Part shown: positions 49,477 through 64,000 of the stretch, piece after piece
How the letters are laid out: each line of letters begins with the position of its first letter
Position numbering within the stretch: position 1 is the stretch's first letter
Assembly (NCBI RefSeq): GCF_003704095.1
Contig: NW_020844152.1
Location: 1-64,000 of the forward strand
Source: Pocillopora damicornis
Taxonomy: Eukaryota
Reading direction: 5' to 3'
Length of the DNA: 64,000 nt
The notes under the pieces: model-generated
What the model was told of the DNA's origin: nothing
The model's database searches: none
Seen by the model: only the letters and a program-made list of their open reading frames with translations
Translations under genes and position numbers: made by a program

Positions 49477-52400
49477 TTACTGAAGTTTGACAAATCCTTG
49501 CAAATCTTCAAGAAACTTGATATAATGTTGTTGTTCCATAGCTGTGCTATAGTCACGCAGCCATGCAGCAAAGTGGTTGTCAATTCCTCTTTCAGCCAAC
49601 ATCTTAAGTAGCATGCCATAAAGATCCTGTTCAAAACAAAATTGAGTGCATATTGGAAGAAATACCATGAATTGCACTTCAGCTTTTAAGAAAACAGATT
49701 TACCAAATGGATAGACCAAGATCATACACTAAATTTACCAGATTTTCTACACTCAAGCAATCATTCCCTGTCATGTACCATTCATGGCATATGTTACAAA
49801 TTTAAAACTCAAATTAAAAAATTCCTTACACCATCCATGTTTTCGGTTTCTGCACAATAGGAAGTCTTCCCTTTGCTGGTACCATCTACAACAGCGACAT
49901 TGACAATATAAAACAAATCAGGGCCCTCCTCTTCCTCAGAGTGTTCCTCTTCAAGTTGGGTGTTAAACTCACAGTAGAATTGTAGTGTTTTACCCTAAAA
50001 TCAAAAAATAAATAAATAAATTGACTGCATGTTACATCTATAGGGAAAGTTTGAATTCTTACACCAACTAAAAATTTTTCTAGTTTTCAGTGGCTTATAA
50101 GAGTATCCAAAAATTTATCCATTTCATTACACTGGAGGATTCAGAGCAGAGATCTGGTGTTTCCTGCCCATTGTTGTAAAGTTGATTTTAATAACAATAA
50201 TTCACTTAAAAATTCATCTGCTGAAGAAAGGAAGATTAAAAAATTATGCTTGTTATCAAATGAAAAAGTATACCACAGAGGATAAGATGACAGGAGATGC
50301 AAGCAGGAGAAGGTATGGTTTATTAAGGGCTAGCATTTGAGGAGTTTTGGTAAAGGACTGGTTGAATCAAGGCTTAATTTGATATTTCAATTCATCTGCT
50401 GAATAACTTGTTTCAATGGAATGCTCATAGTTTGTATGTGGGTTAAATAACAACACTCCTGTAAAGTAACAACACTTCTGTAAAAAACAAGAAATACAAT
50501 CATTTTTCTCTCAACTTACAGCTTTCTTTACAATTTCCACAGTAAATAAAGGATATGAAACAATCTGCAAAATACAAATAATTACAGAGTAAGTTTTTCA
50601 AAAGAGAACAGGAAAATATCAGATTTAAGTTCACCATTACCTTTCCAGCCACTTCACCTTCATCATCTGAGTCATTAAAACTTGCTTCATCATGGTTTGT
50701 ATTTTCATTAATGTCAAATGACACTACAATCCTGAAATAAAGTATTAAATATATAATTATAAATCAATGCTGACATCTGAGTTTTCAAGTATTCAAATTT
50801 TGCTTAACTCTGACCCATCTGGAGTGAAGAAGATAATCATGGAACATGTTTGGACTGTTTTACATACTTGAGCTTTTGAGAACTCTTTACAACTGCATGT
50901 GAAGATTCTTTATTTGCACCCCTTTAATAATTTGCCAATACAAGTTAATGTGGGAGGTCTTTTATTATATGAATTAATTAAGAATCTTGACAACATAGGT
51001 CATTTTCAATTTGATTAGTTATAAAAATGAAGTCCAGCAGACCTTTCTGCATTGTGTTCCCTCTCTAATTTAACATGTGTTCCATCCAATGCAGCCTATT
51101 TGAAGAGAAAAAAAATAGACAGTTATCAAAAATCAAATAGACTACTGCAAGACAGATTTGCAATACCACCAACTGGAGATTGCTTCAAACACAAAAGTTT
51201 GGGCAGCATGATTGTTCATTTTCTTTTGGTCCAGAATATTGTTACCAGAATTAGTTCTCATTGCAAACAAAAATACAATTCAAAGACAGGACCTCACCTT
51301 AAACAATTCTGACATTGGAACCTTGGGGGCAGCATCTCTTTCACTCTGTATCTCACCTTTCAGGAATTTGATTATTTCACTGTCAGCTGGCAGAGAAAGA
51401 ACAATAAAAAGTAATCAGCTACAGATGTTTTGCAGTTAGTAACCAGTGTCAGATTTTGCACTCTATTGTTCTATCTTTTACTACGTTAATATTTGAGAAG
51501 CATCCAGCATACTGCTACTACTGAATGATATCCAAATATCAAATATCTTACAAACCTTGTTTTAGATAGAAATAAGAGAAATGATAGGTTTTACAAGGTC
51601 TATCATGAAGTTCATATGACATGCATCCTGCATACTGCTAGGATCAGCAATGTCCACAGCCTAAGGTTTGTAGACAAAAATAAGAGGGATGGTAAGCTTT
51701 GAGCTCGGTAAAAAAATAGAGAAAGATGTTTTTCTGTCTTGTCACAAGCGTGGGACAAAGAAAAAATTCCAAGTCCCCATGAGGAATTGAACCTCAAACC
51801 TTCAGATTCCGTGCTGCGATGCTCTACAAATGAGCCACAAGAAACTACATTGTGAGCAAAGTCTATCAGGAAGTTCATATGACATGTGTCTTGCATACTG
51901 CTAGGATTAGCAATGTCCATAAGCATAATGTTTGTACATAGAAATAAGGGAGATGGTAGGTTTTGAGCTCAGTAAAGAAATGGAGAAAGATGTTTTTTCA
52001 TCTTGTCACTAGTGTGGGACCAAAAAAATTCTGAATCCTCATGAGGAACCACACCCCAGACCTTCAGATTCCGCACTCTGATGCTCTACCACTGAGCCAC
52101 AGAGACTCCACAGTGGGTTAGGTCTATCACGAAGTTCATTTTACATGCATCCTGCATACTGCTAGGATCAGCAATGTTGATAGCGTAATGTTTGTAGATA
52201 GAAATGAAAGAGATAATAAACCAAGAAAACCTTGTTTTCTTGGTCTGCACTGTAAGCCCCTCTTACCTAGAACAATGCCGTAGCTCCTTAGCTTGGAGAA
52301 CTGTTAGCATAATAAATTATGGCATCATAGGTAAATCTACTCCTTGTGAGTATCATTATCAAATATCCAGTGTTTCATAAAAGTGTAAATCTACTTACAG

Positions 52401-52728
52401 TTAACATTAGTCATCTGAGCTTACACATTGATCAGACACATGTCTTGTTCAATTAATTAAACGAACGCCCATGGACTTGTCATTTACTTCTTTAGTGAAG
52501 TTCTAGATCCTTACCTTGAGTGTGTTTGTGCATCTGACAAACGCAAACTTGTGAGCAAGCACATGAAACAGGGAGGATTCTTGGTTTCTGAGAGGCACCA
52601 CGTGTAGTTGCTGCAAATATAGACCTGGATCTACAAGAGACTATAGGGCTATTCGCTACATTCCTACCCGCAAGTAGTCGTGTGGACCTTGAAATGAACA
52701 GTCTGGCCAGTCCTCCAACTGTCGACAT
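49477..52728 (-). CDS. C1QBP: Complement C1q-binding protein / p32 (MAM33 family), mitochondrial
   Basis: Exons 52728-52515 (Arg/Ser-rich presequence...HTQ), ~51386-51298, ~51096-51043, 50731-50641, 50564-50520 (IVSYPLFTVEIVKK), 49994-49830, 49626-49477 (DLYGMLLKMLAERGIDNHFA...MEQQHYIKFLEDLQGFVK, the MAM33 signature). Confidence 0.93.
51560..52220 (-). mobile_element. Tandem array (~262-bp period) of a tRNA-derived SINE-like repeat in C1QBP intron 1
   Basis: The motif tctatca.gaagttcat.tgacatg...ctgctagga recurs near 51599, 51862 and 52123. The minus strand has GTGGCTCAGTGGTAGAGC (A box) and GGTTCAATTCC (B box). Confidence 0.75.
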
Positions 52729-53613
52729 CTTAACAGAGCAGCAAAACGTACTTTTTTGTCGAGAACGAGAAAATGACGAAGATTTAAAACCGGTGAAGTT
52801 TTGAAAAGGCTCGGCAGCACAGTGTGACTGTGCTGCCGAGCCTTCAACAGAAATATGTATCGATAAATAGCTTACCAAAGAATCACACTTTTTTTTATTT
52901 TTTTTATTTTTTTATTTCGAGGTGAACTTATAAAATTAGACTGAAATAGAGTTTGTATTCGTTTCCAACAAGGCCGTCTCTTTCTTCACTCATCCGGAAG
53001 ACTTCAGCCTACTATCGGCGCGACGTAGCTGTTTAACTATTTTCTCGTTTTCGAACCTTATACGAGGAAGAGATAGAAGTGTAACTGTTTCCTTTCGAAA
53101 AAATTGTTTAACGTCGTCATTTTAGGGGTGTTGTTTCTTGAAAACGGTGTTAATATCGTGTATTTACGTTTACTGCGCGGGGATAGATATTGTCCACCAT
53201 GTGACCACAATTGATGGCAATACTTTTAAGTGGCATAATTTGGATATTTTAGCGAATTGGATTGTTATTTATACATCGAAAATAAAGAAAATTATTGAGG
53301 GATTCCGAATTGACGCCAGACAAAACATTGGCAATGAGAAACTCTTCCTTTCGTAGTGAATATTTGATTACTTTTGTTTGTCTTTTTTTCCTATATTTCT
53401 GTGAAATCTTACTGTAAATTACTAATCCATCGTTTCTGGCTCTAAATTTGCCAGATAACGATCTTTCACTTCAAAATATGCACAATGGTTGGCTTTTGAG
53501 CATAACACCTGTTTTTGTTGTTGTTGTTGGTTTTACCTATCTGGGCATTTTCCCAAGTCCAGTCCATAGTTACTTTGTACAATTAATAGCGCCCTCCTTT
53601 TCAATACCGCCTT

Positions 53614-53664
53614 TGACGTCATACCAGAAGAAACCGCCAGCGGAGTCTCTTTGGGCGCCATCTT
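53614..53664. promoter_or_regulatory. CRE and YY1-like sites upstream of PP1
   Basis: Perfect TGACGTCA at 53614-53621 and GCGCCATCTT at 53655-53664, about 120 bp upstream of the PP1 ATG. Confidence 0.5.
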
Positions 53665-53779
53665 GATATTGAATTGTGTAGTTTGTAGAATCTAGATCCA
53701 TCGAGCTTTCTATCCACTTGTTAACTAAACATTTTTGCTAAAATAAGTTATTTTAAAGATAGGAAAAGCTCTATAGGTT

Positions 53780-58355
<4,576 letters not shown>

Positions 58356-61300
58356 TACTTGTACCATAAGATATTTGTTCTGAACTGTATTATAATATTG
58401 TTATACAACCTAGTTATTTTCTAGAGTAGCATGGATAGAAGTTATGATAGTATACACAATTGAAATGTTGTGTAATAAAACAGAACAGGATGCAGAGAAG
58501 AGATTATTTCAATGCATACGATGTGAGCAAGCTTGTCCATATGATTATATTCTTTTTTTCCTTTGCCGTTGATATTTTTTATTTGTAGGATAGAAATTTA
58601 GTTCTTTGTCAAACTATTGCTGTAAGTGCATCACTGAAATTTTCAGTGAGACATTTGTCGAAGTTGGAATGTCAGGAAATTATGACTTCAATATAGGCAC
58701 GGGTTTGAGGCAAGACCTCATAACTGAGGAAGTTTTGGTATCTCCACAAGACAATTATGCAAAGATTCATGTAAGTTCTGGCAGATAGCTATGTATATAC
58801 AACAGAATGGAAATCAAGTCATTATTTGAGTTAACCACAGCCCTAGAAATTCTAGAACTTCTGCTTAACAGATATAATACTTTCACACTTTCAAAGCATA
58901 CTATTGTGAAATATTTTCTCCACACTCACTCACCCCTCCCCCCCTTACTAGAATATACTTTAAGCCATGTTAGGCTGAACTTTGTATCCATACTACAGAA
59001 AGCCAAATCATTGGAGAAGTGTAAAATAGTAGCAAGGGAATTTTGCTATCTTTTTGTAACAAATTGAAGATAGGTTTTGGGTTTAATGGGAAAGTATTAC
59101 ATGTAGTTTATTTTATGTATATGATTTATACCTATAATTGTGTGAAATTTCCATCAACCTTTCCTGCAGTACTTGATCATTGCATAGAACTATTATGAAT
59201 AGTAAAAGATAAGAACAGTGATTTATCCAAGATCTTGTTGCTGCCTTAGAGGAATTAATCCAAACAAGAGTATTGTTGATGAAAACTGACTTCAACTTCA
59301 ATTCATTTTACGATCCTGTAGTAATTTTCAATAGATGTTAATGCATGGTTACTAACCCTTATAAACAAATGGTCCTGGATTTGGGAAAATATTCTCATGC
59401 AAAAAAAACAGATGAAGCTACAGTTTTTCTCTAAGGATCATCTAGTTGCAATGTTTTGAAATTAATAGTTTTAACTGTATGTGTTAGTGTAGGATTTGTA
59501 GAAGGGAAGTGACTAATTATTTTTTTGCCTGGGTTGATGATTATTTGATCATCATGGTTGCATTCTGTGTAACCTAGTTATTCTATACTTGTGTCAAAAG
59601 TACACTACACATTTCACTTTACAATATTTTCCCAACTCAGTCTTTTGTAATAAAAGTTACCATTGTTGTTACTTCAATGCAAACTTGTGATTGTGATTGT
59701 TATTTCTCTAAGTTTAAGTTATGATTACTTCAAGAGAATATTTTAGTGTTGTTTTAATATCAATGAATTTATATTTATATGATGAGCTGAATTATGAAAG
59801 GAATTTGATTGGTACTCATGATCTATTGCAGGACAGATGTACAGATAATGCCATCGAAAACAACATTCTGCCTTTATATCTTGTAAAACAAATAGATTTC
59901 ATGTTGTTGTGGGTCTCAGAATAATCTAAGAACATCAGTGACTTACTTGGCTGCACTTTGTGTGCTATTTTTTTTTCTGGCCACATTTTGACTTCATCTG
60001 TGATCTATCAATGAATAGACACACACAACATGGAATCTACAAGCGAAAGTGACGATTGGCCATAATTGTGACTGTCAGTAAATTTGTCAATGGTTTCAAT
60101 ACAACAATGAAATGTTTCTCCTATTTTAATCCATCACTACCAGTTATTTTAATTATGTACATATAAGGGAATAAAATTTGTATAGATTACATCATTGTCT
60201 TCTATTTGCCTTTGCTTTCTGTGTGAGGAGATTTAAAGGATTGGACAGTTCTTTAAGAATTCTTCCTTTAAAAAATATTTTGTGAAATTCTTTAACTTTT
60301 GAAACATACCCTCTGATTGCGTTGAGATTTTTTCCAATATCTTTGCTTCANNNNNNNNNNNNNNNNNNNNNNNNNNNNNNNNNNNNNNNNNNNNNNNNNN
60401 NNNNNNNNNNNNNNNNNNNNNNNNNNNNNNNNNNNNNNNNNNNNNNNNNNNNNNNNNNNNNNNNNNNNNNNNNNNNCCATAGACTGAATCTTTTCAGTAT
60501 TTTTAATTAATATAACTACATCTAGAGAGGTTTTTAGGAGTGTTAAGTATTTATACTTGACACTAATATTTGTTTAGGAGCAATGTCAATTAAAAAAATT
60601 TGGCCTTCTCTAATATTCCCTGTCTTGAAACATACTTGGATTAGAGTTCGTATCCGAGTTAATGCACATCTACCCCTCCCCAAATCCATAATTTGCCCTA
60701 AATTCATATTGGTTGAATTTTGTTGGTTTAGTTAGGGAAGGTGGGAGCATAGTTGCCTAGATACTGACATTGATCCTTTACCTCGATATGTTGACCTCAA
60801 GGTTTCACTTCAAGCTGAAAGTAAGTTATTCCTATAAAAAATTGGCTCAAAATGTTACAAAAAAGCTCCTAAATTGTGTTTACTTTTCTTGAGGTAAGAA
60901 AAAAAGAGAAAATAAGGTAAAAATTGTTTGAATGCCTACCATTAATCCTAACTTTACAAATGAATAGAAAAGATAACTGCTTTCTCTGAATGTGATTTTT
61001 GTACATTTCTAGTTTGACCTAAACAATATGTCTAACAAAATGATCGCGTTTGTACAGATGTGTGTTTATATTTACATTATGCCATATAGGGGACTGTAAG
61101 ATAACAAAATATTTTTTACAATGTAAATATGATAAATAAAGTTTCACCTTGATATTTTAAATACTTAATAACTTAGAACAAGCTGATGGTATCTAGAACT
61201 GAGGAGTCATCACTCAAATAAATAACTAGTGATATTCTGAAACTGTTATTTTCTTAAAGAAACCAAAATATTTTTTAAATGGAAATAAATAGTTCTACCT

Positions 61301-61750
61301 GAATTTGGAGTTTGACTCAAGAAAACCAAACCATCAGAGATTAAACATTCATCAAAAACTGGTTCTCAGTTTATTTTCTACCTGTCAGCATTGATTCGTA
61401 TGTGAAAGGTAACACCACATTGACCATTTAAAATCTCATTCTCACTGAAACAAGAAACCATTTTGAAGCCAAATCTACAAAAAATTAGCTTAAACTGCAC
61501 CATAGCTTACAAACAATAGTTTATGCACTATAGTTCTCTTCTTTAACCTTTTCACTTATAAGAATAACAAGTATCTAAAGTCTCTTTAGATTAGGACTGT
61601 TCAATCACACATCATGGCCATGAGAAAAAAGGAAAAGAAAGAAAACTAAAAAGTTAAAAAATTTGCCTTGCCACTATCATAAGAAATGCATGGAGAATAA
61701 GAGAATATGCTGTTAGGTTGTAAAAGTTTATGTCCTGGTACTCAGGCTTC

Positions 61751-63680
61751 TAATTAATGCTGTGGAGGATGTGGAATGGGCCCATGTAGAGAATAAGTCT
61801 GCTGTCCAGGGGGTCCATGGTGTATGACTCCACCCATGTTCAAGTCTGCACCAGATTCCATCTTTGGACCTCTGCCCATTATGTCCTAAAATTATTCCAA
61901 GGAAATGTGGTCAATGAAACAAGACAAAAGCAAGCTTACCTGGAGAAAATTTACTCAGTAGATACAAATCTATCAATACAAAACTTTTCACAATACACTA
62001 GTTCTGTTTAGCTTTATCAGTGGTCATTCAATGATAACCATACATCCCTCCCATTGCAGACTTCTTAGCAAATGTTCTTAAAAGTGCTTGTGACCAAGAT
62101 TATTGTTATTGACCTCAGAGGCTTCAAAGACAGAAGTCTATTGCTTTTACTCACCATGTTTCTGAGAGGTGCTTGACCATTGGTACGTGCCAGAGGTCCA
62201 AACAATGGACCAGGAGGGCCGTAGTTCATTTCCCTCTCATGTAACACTCCCTCCAAGGACCCTCTCAAGGGAGCATCTTGATTTCCTCGCATAGACCCAG
62301 GAGGATATGGTTGAGGTAAATGATGTGGTGTCATGTCACGTGGACTTTGAGGTGGCTCAGGTGTTCTTGGTCTTTCAAAAGCACTTTCAAGAGCTTGGCC
62401 CTCTGGACATCTTCCCATCCAGGGGCTGGTTGGTGATACCTCAGGAGGAGCATGCCTCCGAGGCCCTAAGCTTACATGCTCCCAAGGAACTGGCCTTTTC
62501 CCATGAAGATCTAAAGCACCTAATTTGGTGACACCAAGGGGTCCCAAACTAGCAGGATTAAGGGGTGGAACATTGGCTCTAGGAGGAGGGAGGGGTGATG
62601 ACAGCTCTAATTGTCCTTTCTGTTTCTTCTTTTTAGCTTTGTCCTTTTTTTTCTTCAAACATACAGCACGATTTTCTTGATCACCTTCAGTATTGTTGTG
62701 AGTGGTAATGATACGGGTGTTTTCTGCTTGAACATAATTTAGCTGCGCCAGTTTTGATGGATACTTTGGAGGTGTAACAGTTTTTTCTGTATTCTTGTGA
62801 GATTCTGCAAAGAACTGCCGAACAAACCTTAACATCAAATACACTATGTCATTAAAACTCCTTTAATTTGACTTACAGTCAGTGGTTGTCAAGCCACCAC
62901 CCATGGTGATAAGGAAAATAGCAATGAACTAAAGGACATAAATACAATCAAATCATTAACAATGTGTACCAATTTACCTGAGGTTGAGAATCACAAGTAT
63001 CTTCCTGCCATTGTTTTTTCTCCTTGTCTCCATCTGGGTAGTCTGTTAAGTCATCACCATGAACTATGTCCTCATTATCACTGCCAAGACTTGACACACT
63101 AAGTCCAACACTAACACTGCAATTATCAGCATTATCAGGTTCACTGTGTACACTTGATGCACTGCCACGTCCTTGCTGTAAGCGTGCACTGGAATATTCC
63201 AACTTTTCCTCACAGTCAATCTCTATATCTCCATCTTCCATGTCAATAATTTCCTCTTGCTGATCTTCAGTGTCAAGGTTACTGACTACAACTAAAATAT
63301 CTCCATCCCCAGTCCTCAGGTCAAAACTTGCAGCTTCATCCATTAAATGTCTTGAATCACCATCATGATGAAATTTGCTTTGCCTTGTAAGTGTACTCTG
63401 ACGCCGTTTTGGGTTTGATGGCCTACTCTGCTCTACCCTGTTGTCTGCTTTGTCTAAGGCCTTGGCATCATGATCTGAAAATTTTTCTTTTTCTTCATGA
63501 CTTGCCTCATTCATTGCTGAATCCCCAAGGTGCCCTGACTCCCCCTGTACATCAAAACCATGAAGGTCAGACACATCACAGTTCTCCGCACCAACAGATG
63601 CCTTGTGAGGTTCTTCTGCTGTTGCAGCTGCTTCATCTGTAGACGGAGGCTGCCATGAGTTTACAGGATCCACATTTTGA
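61751..63680 (-). CDS. 3' exons of an unidentified protein (acidic region, Lys cluster, Pro-rich tail)
   Basis: Long open exons ~63680-62978 (donor cag|gtaaat) and ~62814-62155 (atg|gtgagt), plus a terminal exon ~61885-61751. No recognisable domain. The 5' part lies outside the window. Confidence 0.7.
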
Positions 63681-64000
63681 CTATAAAAGGAATAAGTTCT
63701 TATTTCATGAAATCTGGTTAACACCTTGTTCATTTGATGATTAATTTCTCTTACTAACTTTCTACTGAATAATTTCATTATTTTAATATTGATAGCTCAT
63801 ATGACAAATTTGCGTCCAGAACAACTGTAGATTTCCTGGTTTCAATGAAAAAGCATCTTGTTATATCACATACCTATAGTTTATATATGTTTAATCTTAC
63901 TAAATAAATAATCCATTTCATTTGTAATATTTTCTAGAGTTAGTTACCAGGGATAACTTTCATTTTCAAAATTTCTTCAGTAACAGCTACTATAGGAGAC

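Noticed and set aside
51612-51926. 104-aa ORF
   Set aside because: Spurious frame within the tandem repeat in C1QBP intron 1.
51760-52110. tRNA genes
   Set aside because: The cloverleaf is degenerate and embedded in repeated SINE-like units.

Overview
Gene-dense, AT-rich, intron-rich animal DNA with many N gaps. The repeat families and gene content suggest a stony coral or related anthozoan (inference). Reading GT-AG junctions by hand gives these genes in order: the 3' end of Dispatched (DISP1); phosphatidylinositol synthase (CDIPT), whose 3' exons sit on a gap-bounded block of opposite orientation; PCYT2, head-to-head with CDIPT; a CYP3-clan P450; an 817-aa fusion gene; an Astrin/SPAG5-like coiled-coil gene; an MS4A-like 4-TM gene; USP30 and PRKRIP1 (ATGs 95 bp apart); C1QBP and PP1 (divergent); and the 3' end of an unknown gene. 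The main find is the 10-exon gene at 18275-24041. The ORF track shows its MATH exon but only an unrecognisable fragment of the rest. Spliced, it encodes three MATH/TRAF-type domains, a coiled coil and a complete 2'-5'-oligoadenylate-synthetase (OAS)-fold domain whose catalytic Asp triad is replaced by Glu/Glu/Thr, as in enzymatically dead human OASL. It is a candidate nucleic-acid sensor wired directly to TRAF-like adaptor domains. Repeats include TTAA-flanked MITEs, a hAT-like element with a 5-bp TSD, tRNA-derived SINE-like arrays and a degenerate hammerhead ribozyme. All homology calls are by eye against remembered sequences; no searches were run.
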